A program made the position numbers and the translations under genes. From assembly GCA_965649765.1 (NCBI GenBank), contig OZ287757.1, positions 7,936,001 to 8,000,000 on the forward strand: a stretch of DNA of 64,000 nt. The letters run 5' to 3'. Shown piece by piece: positions 45,640 to 58,900 of this stretch; the stretch's first letter is position 1, and every line of letters starts with the position of its first letter. The notes below the pieces were generated by a model. The model searched no databases and was not told the origin of the DNA. It worked only from the letters and a program-made list of their open reading frames with translations. The DNA is from Bispira polyomma. Lineage: Eukaryota.

Positions 45640-45759
45640 TCACTTTTATTGCTTTCCTAAGTAAGATGTTGCCTTAATATAAGTTGTGTTTGAGGTGCCT
45701 TCAAATTAATTAGTGTTAATTAGTGCTACTTTCTTGGTGCTTTTGTACAAATGTACTTA

Positions 45760-45978
45760 TCAGCTGGTATCTACGTTTAGGGTGTGGAAAGTCTCAGCTA
45801 TATACAGGCTTAGTCCTGTCCTGAACAGCTCTGACAATTTTTTTTTTAACGTGTTATATAGGCTGGTTTATATGAGGGAAGTCTCAGCTATATACAGGCT
45901 TAGTCCTGTGCTAAACAGTTCCGACAGTTTCATGTTTTCGTTTCTAACATGTTATACCGGCTGCTGTATATGAAAGTA
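45760..45978. repeat. ~90-bp tandem duplication in the Gypsy 3' region
   Basis: aagtctcagctatatacaggcttagtcctgt at 45789 and 45879. Confidence 0.9.
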
Positions 45979-46588
45979 GTCATTTCTCTTGTGTTATAAT
46001 GATATAGTGCAAGAATAGAAGAAACATAAAAATGTTTCTTTACAAACATATGAAGATGTATCCAATTTGTATATTGCTTTGTTTACAAACGTTGCATGCT
46101 CATTATATCCAGGAAGTTCAGCTAACTACTTCTATGTACAACACGTATGTATTTGTATATGTATATACATAATGTATATGTATATGTATATATATATAAT
46201 GTATTAAGATAATCATAAACTGGTAGAAATGTGTATCTATTTTGTTATGGTGGTATATTACACACAGAGTAAAGAAGGCCACACTCTAACTATTGCTAAG
46301 TGGCCACTGCCTGGTAAACAGCTATATGTTAATGGCTGTTTACAGCTTGCTGATTTAGAGGTCTGAAAAGTAATTCTGAAGTAACCCAGTTTTCCCTGAA
46401 TATATTTTATATTTTATAGACACTTATATTAGTGCTTTGTATTATATATCAAGGAATAGAACCACATGTATACTATTAAAATGTATAGTATTATATCTGT
46501 TATGTGTATATAAGTATCGGATGAGTGTAAACAGTACTCTCTCACTACAACTACATGTATGTTATTGTTTCTGGGGTCAATGTTTCAC

Positions 46589-47305
46589 AGAGCAGGGATG
46601 TAAGCTCTTAATATAGACAATACAAGGAGGTTAAACAAAGACACCACAACTTCTATATTTTAACTTCAACCAGAGACATAAGTTAGGCGCTCATTCTTTC
46701 TTTGATTGATGATTCAAGGATTTATTACTTATCCAAACCAATTGAAATCAATTATATATGTAATTTTAATTGCTTGATGATCTTATGTATCACCAAGATT
46801 TGTTTATACATTTATAGATATACACTATATTTAGCCGTAAATGCCATTGTGTATCTACTACTTTCGGATCGCCTAATTAGCTACTTAGGTTGTCGGTTCA
46901 GTTATACAAGTTTGTTGTGCTAATGTAGACAACATTATTAAAGATCCCTGTTCTGTTGTTAACAGTAGTAAATTTGTTTACATATGTACTTCATAGTCTG
47001 TACTATACTGCTGTGACAATTATATTCTGTATATTATACTAAGGATTAGTAGTTCAATGATCCCAATAATGTATTATCCAGTTTGCAACATCAATGATTG
47101 TATTTACATATTAATTATCTGATTTAAAATTTTAATCACTTCACAACTCTATTGCAGTTACCAGGCGAGAGCTTTTAACACCAACTGCTTATGCATATTG
47201 TTAACTCTGTTTTCTCCTTGCTAATCTAGGCCTTTCCAGTATTACTAATTGGTGCTACTAGTTCTATTTATGCTACTACTACAGTTTGTGGTAGTTTATT
47301 TACTT
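46589..47305 (+). promoter_or_regulatory. Candidate polypurine tract (46589-46598) and 3' LTR starting TG at 46599
   Basis: agagcaggga|TGTAAG; only patchy similarity to the 5' LTR candidate. Confidence 0.4.
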
Positions 47306-49084
47306 GTAATATTCACTAAAATTGAGTTTTTCGTGACTATTTTGCCTTACTTACCCAAATTCCAGTTTATTTTTTGCCAGTTTTTATTGATTTGGCTCAA
47401 ATTTAAGGGGGGGGGGGGGGGGGGGGGGTCACGAATTTCAGATACAGTGGCAAATTTTAGATTCTTTACTCTATGTATATGGGGGACAAAATATGTTAGC
47501 CTGATTGAGTCTAAAGTGAGAGCGTCAGATCTCTTTTCAAAAATTTGGCCATTGAAGGAATGTTACTATGTAATGTACTTATTTGTTTGATTCATCAGTG
47601 AAGATTGTTAGACGTCGTAATACTATCACAAAGTAGCATGATACACCTGATGGGTATTGAAACAAGAGTTCTCTATTAAAAAAGACACAGCCGCACAGTG
47701 TGAAATACACTAATGTTGATATGGCCACTATATATACTTAGGCAAATCTGACACCCTTTAGCTTTAGACGGATCGATTGCTACCAACCAATCCATGAAGG
47801 CCTTACATATTGTTTCTAAGATGGCGGCACCCTTTTTAATTATGACACCCTTTTTAGAATGGAAACAATACCAGGCATTGCCTGATAAAAGTCTATTATC
47901 AGAACAGCTGATTAAGACTAACAATAGTGGGGGTTAGCAGGTCAATCAACGACAAGCAAAAAAGTACTGTATAGTAGGTGCGAAATATTCACTAGCAAGT
48001 AATTTTATCTACACTTCAGCCAATGCAGTTTTACAAATAAAAATAATATCCCAAAAGTGACAATTTTTAACTTGTATTTCATATTCTAACTAAAATAAAT
48101 CTAATGCGATAGTTTACATCAATGCCACTGAAACTTGGTAAATAACAATATGTATCTTTCAGCTAAAATTTCCAATTGTACAGTAAAATATTGAGTTATG
48201 TGTATTAATCAATGCTCTTTGCCAATCCTCATACTAGGCAAGCTATGATATAGAAAAAAAGATAAGGCAGACACAATAAGATTCATTCACAAGATTTTGC
48301 CATCACCGAATGTGACAAAACAAGCAACTTACAAATCTAACTCAATTCGAGAGAAATACAATATATATGTATAAATCGTGTAGTTGTCACCTCAATATAG
48401 ATCGTTCCAGTTTTAATCACTTGACGAAAAAAGGATATACCTACATGTAAATTATAAGGGAAATAACAGCAAACTATAATTTATAATTATAGTCACTTTG
48501 TGGAAAGGTAAGTCAATTTAATATACAGGGTATTTTACTGACATTAGCTTTAGAATTTATGCAGTAGAACTGTTGAGGGCACTTTTAACACGCTCCCTAT
48601 TTCGAGGGAACATATTTTGACATCCTCATATAGTTGTATTGGTGTCCATTTGGCGTGGCCGTTTTGACACCCACAAGAATAAATGTTTCAAAATTATTTA
48701 ATAAAATCATCATTTCTTGCTTGATTTTAAGAAATAAGACATTATTTTAAAGCTTACACGACTGATATTTCAATATTATAACAACTACAGCTGGGTTATT
48801 AAGTAAATCACTGTTAAACTTCTGTTAATAACCAGCTGGAATATTTAAATTTCATTAAATTTAGTTTTATTGATATTTACTTGGTATTTGTTTAATAACT
48901 CAACTGTAATTGTGTAGTATTTTAATTCCATGTGTTGTACATTTTAAAATGCTACCTTATTGGTTAAAATCAAGCAACAAATAGTTGATTTTAATAAATA
49001 AATCTTAAACATTCAACTTCTTTGCTCAAGGATTTCCTAATATCAACTAAATGTGTGTGTAGGTTTATAGTTTGATATCACCAC

Positions 49085-49350
49085 TATTGAGGTTTCAGCT
49101 GACTTCACAATTTACACCCCCAGCCTGGGTTCTTCCACTTGTCAACCAATTGTTCAGTCTCAGCTCCCTCAGGAAGCATACTAGCGGTCCTGCCACATAC
49201 GGTATTTATACACTTGGGTAGAAAAGGACAACTTTGTGTAAAGTACCTTGTCCAACCCTACAATCTCCAGGCTAGCAGCCAGGATCTAACCGGGGCTCTC
49301 AAATCACTTAGATCCAAAGTCTGAGACTCTAACCGTTAGGCCACAGAAAC
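49085..49350 (-). mobile_element. CORE-like SINE (second copy ~60500-60745)
   Basis: Reverse strand reads as tRNA-like head + ttggacaaggtactttac...cccaagtgtataaatacc; both copies share agatccaaagtctga.actctaa...ccacagaaac. Confidence 0.6.
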
Positions 49351-49856
49351 GATACTGTTATTAAGATATTCTGTTACTGGAGGAAGGTGGCGATTTCTTG
49401 CTGTAGCCTTTCCAGGATTTAGGTTTCAAAGGGTCACAAAATTATCAGCTCTACGTATCAGGTCACCTAGAATTACCCTAGAAATAACCAGATACTGGGC
49501 ACTTCAGACTATGATGATAATAGGTCATGTATATCTGTTAGACAGGCATCATAAGGTCTACACCAACATGTTTGGATAATAGAGGTTCAAATGTATATAA
49601 GCCAGGGTACATCGCCTGAAACCATGTACATGTATGTTATATTGAAAATTAGAACCATATACACACCTTTATAGTGACACCTTATATAGTTTATATAAAT
49701 CAGCCTAATAATGTGGAATCTCTATTATTGGAACATGTGTATGGAAGCAATATTTTGTTCGGATAGAAGAAGGGTAATTAAATAGAAGAGGCACTTCTGT
49801 ACAAATCAATAGGAAACTGTAAAAGTAGGAAAGTGCACTTTAGAAGATGCCTTGGA

Positions 49857-49860
<4 letters not shown>

Positions 49861-49915
<55 letters not shown>
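49861..49915. repeat. (TA)n microsatellite
   Basis: Direct observation. Confidence 0.95.
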
Positions 49916-49918
<3 letters not shown>

Positions 49919-51999
49919 GTATCTGCCATGTTAAAAAAACGTCCCAAAACTGGGATAGTAAAAAACAAGGCGACAATGGTGACAGTGTACAACTGTCAAG
50001 ATGACAAGTTTCAAGAAGATGGAGTTGTATTGCCCAACTAGTTTGTATAAAAGATTTTATATTTTCGCTCACCCTAATTAAACAGTACAAACACCATTTT
50101 TTCAATATTTTGGTCACAATTATGGCAAAAGTTCAATAGAAATGTCAACCTTTAACAAAAAAAGTAAATATTTTTACAAAGAATAAATACTTGTGCATCT
50201 TTTGTCAAAATGTGAGGCAATTATTTAGATTAATAACTGTGACACAACATATTTTTTATCTCTTGGTATCTCGCAGAAGTTGCTTTGTTAACCTACAACT
50301 TCACCTTGGGTGTTCATGGTGAATGTCTGTTTGTATGGAGCAATTTTATTGGTTACTGTATCAGCGATTCGGATTGGCTGATTACACACACGTGACGCTT
50401 CAAAACAATAAATATTGCGCAATTTGAAACACATGGATATATTTAGAAAGCAAATTGAAGGGAATAATGCATGAAAGGTAAATTTTAGAAATGTTATTGT
50501 ATATTTGTGTGGCATAATAAAGAGTTTATTATGTTATTATATTACCCTTTCTTGTGTTCCAAAATCTTTCTTTTTTACTTTGAAATTAGAAATAAATTAA
50601 AGGTTATTTAAGAAAATCGAATTGTCAAGCCATATTTTCTAAACTACACACATATTCTGAGTGGTTGAAATCTGTGTATGTACTTCAGTTACAGCGAGTA
50701 TATTATACATTTCCAGGTAATATTATGAAAATAACATGAAGATATGAGGCAAAATATTGTTTCTTACTTTTTTCAGATTTCCATCCATTTCCTTTCGTTT
50801 TATATCGATATATATATTTTCATTTGTCAAAGACGGGAATCCCATGTACTTTATATGAAACGTCATAATAACGTCACCAGAACTAATCCTCCATTAGCAT
50901 TGTCCAGTAAATAACACGTGTACATCTATCTGTGTACTTCTTTTTTTTATTATGGATATATATATACTTGGGGTTTAAAAAATTGGCGAATTGCTTAAAA
51001 ATATATGCAGTGCAGCATAATAATATTAAACAGTGTATTATAGAATAAAAGAGATATAAAGTATTTACCTGTATATTAATCCCTTCAATTTTCGTTTTAA
51101 ACGAAAATGTTGAAGTGTAGAAATGGTATGCAACGTCACGTGTTGTTTACTATTCTGCAACGACCTTCACCCCAAGTATACATGCATATCCATTTGTGTA
51201 CTTCACAGGAAGTATGTCGAAAAAATAATATATATTTGAATAACGATGCTGTCTGCATATTGACCTTGATATATCCTTCTATTTTCGTTTTACTTGTAGT
51301 TGTACATAAATAGATATAGTTCGTGGATATAGATATACTTCATTCACATATTCTAGTACCCCAAGAACACGCAATATCCTTTTTTTAAATATTTTTTTAA
51401 AATTATTTGTCAGCAGCGATTTGAAGTAAAAAATAAGGTAGAAAGCACCCAACTTCCATGTAAGGATATTTAACTGTCTCTGAACTTTGACTCGACAAGA
51501 ATAGCCAACATATACAACCTTATATCTACAGTATCTGTGTACGTCTTTTTTTATTAATAGCTTTTTTCTTCCTTGTATATATTCTATCATTTCGCCATTA
51601 TCATCCACATCATCAATTGCTTTACACTAACAGACCTTACCCCTCAACAATTTAAAATGAAGTTCTTAAAATACGAAATATTCTACCCTAAAAATGTTTT
51701 TGATTTGGTAAGGTAAAGTCTTCGGCTTTTGACAGCAAAAATTTATGACGTGGGCGATAATAAAATTGTTTGACTTACAGTTACCAGTCTTTACAGAAGA
51801 TCGAATGTTTGGGGGTAACAGGTTTTGAAAATGGGGTTCAAAACTGATTCGGTCAAATGTGAATGTTTGGCATTGCTGAAAATTCATCAAAATAATATTA
51901 TTATAAGGTTTTAAAGCAAAATTATATAAAAATCAAATTATTGAAATAGTTTTAGGGTAATTTGGTTGTTTATACAAAGAAAAACAATAGCTAGCTGTT

Positions 52000-53158
52000 A
52001 TACTTTGGTTTAGCGTTCGCTAAGCCGCGTCCACCGCCGCAGAGAGTTTTTTTCCATTAAGACTTTTAGCGGAAAACTAGACCAGCTAGCTTCACCAAAT
52101 TTGCAGGATATCTTCATTGGGAAGTAAGCTTTTTTGCGACTAAATTAGCCTTATTCTAAATAACAAGATGGCCACCATCGGCATTTCTCTGAAAATTATC
52201 CACCTTTTTCTACTGGCTATTTCATAACTAGAGGATTGAATCTTTTCATAGGTGATATGTATAACAGATATATATGTCCTCTACAAGCATGTAGACATTT
52301 GACCTTAAAACTCTTCATTCAAGGTCATCCACAGAGTGCCAAAGTACCCCACATAGCGAACTTGAAAATCTCCCTTATTATCGGTCCCAGAGGTTTGACA
52401 TGTGAAGCCTACTTTTAGGAAATCATGGGCTAGGAATCTTCTGATGTGGTCAGATTTGACCTTGAACCCCTCATTCAAGGTCAAACAAGGTATCCAAACC
52501 TAAAAGTGCTTATAACTCGCTTATTATTGGTCCTAGAGGTAAGGCATGTGAAGCCTACCTGTAGGAAATTATGGGCTGGGAATCTTCTGATGTGCTCAGG
52601 TTTGACCTTGGGCCCCTTATTCAAGGTCAAACATGTTATCTAAACTCAAAACTGCTTATACCTCACTGAATATTGGCCCTAGAGGTTACCATTGTGAAAC
52701 CAACTTATAGGTAATTATGGGGTCTTATGTGGTCAAACTTGACTTTAGGCCCATCCATCAAAGTCAGACAAGGGTAGTTAATCGTAAAAGCGCTTATAAC
52801 TCACTTATTATTAGTCCTAAAGTTTTGAGATGTAAAACCAACCTGTAGGATATCATGGGCTGGGAGTCTTCTGATGTGGTCAGGTTTGACCTCGTGTCCC
52901 TTCTTCAAGGTCAAATGACAATAGCCAAACTTAAAATTGCTTATAACTCGCTTATTATTGGTCCTACAGGTTTCCAATGTGAAACCAACTTATAGGTAAT
53001 CATGGGCTGAGAATCTTCTGATGTGGTCAGATTTGACCTTGCACTCCTCCTTCAAGGTCAGACGAGGATAGCCATAGCTTAGGTGCTTCCTACCTAGGGT
53101 GCTCTGTCTTTCTGGTGGATATAAATATGCATCGGTTCTCCAATGCGCTTGGTCTAGT
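52000..53158 (+). mobile_element. Non-autonomous Helitron/Helentron-type element carrying a ~146-bp satellite array
   Basis: Unit recurs at 52421, 52567, 52713, 52851, 52998; 3' hairpin GCATCGG-ttct-CCAATGC (53129-53146) followed by CTAG-TT. Confidence 0.7.
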
Positions 53159-53849
53159 TTTAAGCTAGAAGGTTATATTTTCATTTCTGTTTGTTGGTTC
53201 GTTCTCTTGAACAATTCTTGATTTCTGACCGCTAGCAGTAACTGCATTCTTGTTTTACATGTAATTGGTAAATGTAGTGTACAGTGCCTCTCCCTTTGTC
53301 ATAATCTATGGTCCTTGTACAATGTGAATAACAAAACGGGTATATTCGTTTTATTTCTATGTTTTCTCTAAGATACTATATAAACACTGTGAGGATTAGT
53401 AGCCACCTTATCTGATTAAGGTTAACTTAAATCGAGATTTTAAGGTTACTTTACATGTGGGTTTAAGGTTCACTTAAATATGTCTGACTTTAACTTAATG
53501 TGACTCTAGAGTTTATAACACATTAAAGTCATCCTCAATGAGTTTAAGTTGCAGGTAAGTTTAAACTTATAAATGGCAAAGTCACAAAAGGAAGGGAAAA
53601 TAGTAATAGTAACTAAATATATAGTATTAAATTTGTATAAAAATACCCCTCCATAGGTAATTATTTGTTAATTTTCTATTCTTAAAACCACTTAACATAG
53701 TTTCTAACAAAGCCGTAGCACAAGGGCCAGTATTCACTAACAGACTTCGCCATGGTTTAGTCTTAACTCTAGTATACTTTTGTGCTAGATTGAAGCCTAA
53801 GCATTAGTGAATATGGGCGTTAGACTGGGCACATTATATTGTATTTGAC

Positions 53850-54892
53850 ATTTCACATACTTGATCTTGTAATTGCCAGACCAAATTCAAATCTCATCAG
53901 TGGATCATGGGTGGCTGATGCGATTTTGGAGCATTTAGCAACCTTTACGTATTTAAATTTTCCAGTACCTGCCTCACAAAAACCTTGTGTCACAAGATAC
54001 AGAAACATCAGAAAAATAAATATTGATCAATTTAGAGAGAACATCCTTGCATCAAATCTCGATAACCATTAAAGCCAAAATGCTGAAAGTCTCAGATTAC
54101 AATACAATAACAGCCTTTCTACCATCCTTGCAAACATGCTCCTTGGGTATCTAAAACCCTTTCCCTAACAAACCCCCATGAATGGACCAATGCGGCCATC
54201 ACAGAGGTTAAGAGACGCAAACGCCAACTCGAGCGACAATGGCGCCGTACCAAATCACTTTAGAAGCTGCTACCACACATCCACAAACAATTTCAACAGG
54301 CTAATATGTAGTGCCAAAATGAAGCACTATGATTCCATCATCAGTGACAATCAAGAAAGTCCCAAAAATCTATGGGCCTCCATCAACAAAATTCTGCATA
54401 GGACATCCAGGAAAGTTCTCCCCATAAATCACTGTCTTACATTTTTAGCGGATAGATTTGTAAAATTTTTCATTGATAAAATCAGCAACAATTGTGATGG
54501 TTTTGTAAAGATGTATCACTTCTGTTCTCCGATCTCTGGGTATAATGTTTCCAACCTATTTTATTTCAGCACCCTATTAAATCTTGTAAATTAGATCCTA
54601 TCACAGCAGTTATTCTAAATCAATGCCTTGAAATTCTAGTCACACCCATAACTAATTTTTTCCTTCGGGATGGTGTATTTCGTACCTGTTTCAAGACTGC
54701 AAATGTAACTTTCTTGATAGAAAAACAAGGACTGGATAAGAACCAGCTTAAAAACTACAGACCTGTGTCAAACCTCAGCTTTGTCTTAAAAGATGTCGAG
54801 AAAGCTGTAGCACAACAAATTTCCAGCCACCTAAACAGACAAAACATTGAAAATTGTCATCAATCTGCTTACAGAAAATTCCTCTCTACAGA
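53850..54892 (+). mobile_element. Degenerate L2/CR1-group LINE ORF2 fragment
   Basis: HILDLVIAR; KNLWASINKILHR; LKNYRPVSNLSFVLKDVEKAV; QSAYRK..STE. Confidence 0.85.
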
Positions 54893-55977
54893 AAGGAAAG
54901 ATTAGGGACAAAAGAATTGATGATGGTCATGTGATTAAAACATTGCCTGATATGGTATTGGGAAGAGTCGTGTGACTTGCCATTTTTATAAATTGTTTCC
55001 TGTGAATCATACATCGCTGTACTAAAGTGAGAGGAAGCAAAAAATATTTTCAGGTAATGTGACTTCATTACAATGTTGGAAGCTTATTCTCATAGCATCT
55101 CCACATCTTTACAAAATCTTACACACACATGATAATTTGAGCTGTGTTTGAAGGAAAAGTAACATAAACACCACATTGATAAAATCATATACTTGTAGAC
55201 AAAAGAGACCATTTCACTAAAATATGTAAGCTTTACAAGTGAAGTAATTTAAGTAAACGTATAAAAGGATACAAAATACTACAATGGGTTCAACATCATT
55301 AGGATTAATTGTATAATTACTGAAAAAAAATAAACTACCATTAATTCTACCATTTCCTTCCATAATACTAGACCCATTACAATATTTTGATATTGATGTT
55401 CTTCATAGATTTTCAATGGATGGTGTTATAATTCGAATGTATGGGTTTGGTGTTTATATTTGTATGACATAACAAGTGGGTATGACAAAAAATGGCTAGA
55501 AGAAAATAGTTATGGTCAGTTATGTATCATCAAAGGCCTTTTTCACCACCAACTATACAACCCAGTGATAAAACTACCCAAGTGGTGTATATTTAAAAAT
55601 ATATGATGAAAGAAGATAATCAGTAAAATACGAGCCCGGTAGGTCAAGTATTGTGCATTTTAATCTTATTAAAACATATATTTTTTTAATACACAACACA
55701 AGGCTTGTTTTATTTTTATTATCCACTGATAAAATGTAATTATTATGCTTATATAGCTCAAAATATAACACAAAACTGTCAGAAATAATAAATAAATAAA
55801 AAAAAAATTAATATGACCATATTAAAACAGCCAAAACTTGTTATAGTCTTTGTTTACGTTTCAAAACCTTCCATTATGACATCACAATGCAATTTTGAAA
55901 GCCAAGAAGGGTGGAGTTAATACCTTAAAAAATAACTTCAAATTCATGTTAATAAAGCCGGAAAAATCGAATTTATA

Positions 55978-58900
55978 TAATTGTAATTGTAATTAGACTT
56001 TTATTGTGCTTAATCTCCCCTTAACAAAGGGGACTCTAAGGCGCACCAGCACAAAAGACAGTTATCCAATTGCCAAAATCAAGGGACACAAAAAAGGGTC
56101 AGCAACGTAGAGCGTGCCGGGGGATGATTGAAACTAAGGTGTATATGCTTTAGTGTACAAGTGGGTTTTAAGCTTCTTTCTAAAACAGGCTAGTGAGGGG
56201 GAAGCACGAATCACATCAGGGAGACCATTCCAAACAATGGGAGCATCAAAAGCAAAGCTGTGACCAAACTGTTTAACCGACTTTTGAGTAGATGGGTGGA
56301 ACTTCGGAACAACAAGGAAATTACTACCACTCTGACTACGTCGGGTATTGTAGGAACTACTGTAAATGGAAAGATATGGGGCAAAATACTTTGGAAACCC
56401 AGTGTGGAGAAAACAAGAAACAAGTGTAGCTGTCTTAAACACTGAACGCTGTTCAACAGGGAGCCAATGCAATTTCTTAAGAACAGGAGTTATACTAGTG
56501 TATCGACTGGTGTTTGACACAATTCTAGCTGCACTATTTTGAATGCATTGTAATTTGCGTAAATTAAACTTTGAGAGACTCCTGAAAAGTGAATTGCAGT
56601 AATCCAGTCTACTACTGACAAAAGCATTGGCTACAAGTATAGAAGCATCATAAGTGAGAAACTGTCTGACACGTCTGAAGTCACGGAGTTGCATAAAACA
56701 GCTTTTGCAGACACTCTGAACGTGTTTAGAGAAAGAAAAGTCAGAGTCAAACCATACACCCAGGTTCTTGACAGAATCAGCTGGACTGAAAGGGCTACCC
56801 AAGATGTCAACTGGGAACAATGCTTTCAACTTATCCCTCTGTTGTTTTGAGCCAAAGATTATGAACTCAGTCTTAAGGATTAAGTTTAAGTTTACCAGTT
56901 GACATCCACTCTTTCACATCGTCAAGGAACCTGTTCAACTGTTCAAAGGCAGTAGATGTGTTTTTATGGGATAGGTGCACATAAATTTGGGTATTATCTG
57001 CATAAAAATGAAACTTTATACCTGTGTATTTGCCAATAACCAATCTAAGAGGGGAAGTGTATAATGAGAACAACAGAGGGCCCAAAACAGAACCTAGAGG
57101 AACACCAAACAAGAGTTTACAAACATCGGACAGAGTAGAGCCAATTTTTATCGACTGATGACGATCAGTTAAGTAGGAAGTGAACCATTTAAGAACAGAG
57201 CCCCTAACTCCAAACCAAGTCTGAAGACAACTGAGAAGTTTGGAATGATCAATGGTGTCAAAGGCAGCAGAGAAGTCAAGGAATACCAGGGCAGTAGGTT
57301 CCCCTCTTGACAAAGATAGGTGAACTTCATTTTTTATAGACAGGAGAGCTGTCTCAGTCGAATGACCAGTTTTATACGCAGACTGGTATGGGTTGTCTAA
57401 GTCGTGGTCAAAGATGTGATCTAACAGTTGCCTAGCAACCACGCGTTCAACCAGTTTTGATATGAAACTAAGACCAGATACAGGGCGATAATTCTTCAGG
57501 TCATCAACTGGAAGAGAAGCCTTCTTAATAAGAGGAGTAACCACAGCTGTTTTAAAACCATCAGGTACATGTCCCTCCGTAAGTGAGCAGTTTACAAGCT
57601 TTGTAATGGATGGTAGTAATATATCACTACATTCTTTAATAAGAGATGTTGGCCATGGATCCAACATGCAGGATTTTGTAGGCGAGTTACTTATTATTTT
57701 ACTAACATCATCTTCGGAGACTCTGGTAAAGGCAGTAATTTCTGTGGTATCAGAAAGAGGATGAACATCAATTTTAGTTCCAGAGACAACAAAAGTATCT
57801 CTAATTCTCTTAATTTTGTCCAAAAAAAAGGAAGCAAACTTATCAGCTAGTGATTTATCCGAATCATGGGACGGGAGTGCCACATTGGTATCCATATTAA
57901 GGGTCTTGCGCAGTTCGTGCCACAGCTTCCTGGAGTTGTGACTGTTGTCAGAGATAAGCTTGCTGTAATACACCGACTTATCCTCGTTAACAAGTACATT
58001 GCACAGAGCAATCTGGCGACGTAGTCGACTTCTATTTAATGGATTCTTGGCCCTTCGCCAAGTTCTTTCATATTGGCGCCTGAGAGATTTTGCCCGTCGG
58101 TAAGAATCAGAGAGCCAATGCACAGAATCTTTCTTTGACATTCTCGATACAAGTGGTGCATGCTTATCTAGTACATCACCCAAGTCATGTATGTATTGTT
58201 CATAAAGTTTGGCTACAGAATTGGCAGGTGACTTAATAAAGGAAGTACTCTCAAGATCAGTACGGAGGTCAGACATGTTAATATGGTGGTACCTCCTATA
58301 ATGCACTGTATTAGGTATGTGAGCCACCTGTGGGGGAGAGGCAATTGAGCATTTGACTAATGCATGATCCGATATGAAATAACAGACTTTGACATCCACA
58401 ATGGCATCGTGATCACAAGGAGATAAAATAAGGTCCAGAATGTGACCATGCAGATGGGTAGGTTGTCTAACTGACTGTTTTAAATCGCATGAATCAAGAA
58501 AGGTCATAAATTTATGACCGTCACCAACTGGTGCATCAACATGGATGTTAAAGTCACTACAGATATGATATGAACTGTTAATGGAAGACAAGAAACCAAC
58601 AAAAGACATAAATTCTTCTAAAAAATTACAGGTACATGATCCTGGGGGGCGATAGACGCAGGCAAGCAACAGTGAGCGGCCATGAAGCCCAATTGACACC
58701 ACCATATTTTCAAAGGACTGATAGACAGGAGAATCTATTTTATGTGGTTTGTAGGAGGCTCTGATGAAGAAACCAACACCGCCACCAATACGTGAGGGAC
58801 GAGGCGTTTGAGGAAACACAAAATCTGGAGGAGTAACAGACCGTAGGAAGCTATCCGTATCAGATAGACGGACATGGGTCTCTGTAACACAAAGGAAGTC

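Larger units (their letters stand above)
32456..47305 (+). mobile_element. Large decayed Ty3/Gypsy LTR retrotransposon / endogenous-retrovirus-like element with env and accessory ORFs
   Basis: PBS, gag (2x CCHC), PR-RT-RH-IN order, chromodomain, F-type env, candidate PPT; outer boundaries inferred from MITE halves and are uncertain. Confidence 0.85.

Noticed and set aside
47407-47428. Poly-G run as a functional G-quadruplex
   Set aside because: Sits inside a MITE half where other copies have only a few G; likely slippage or homopolymer error.
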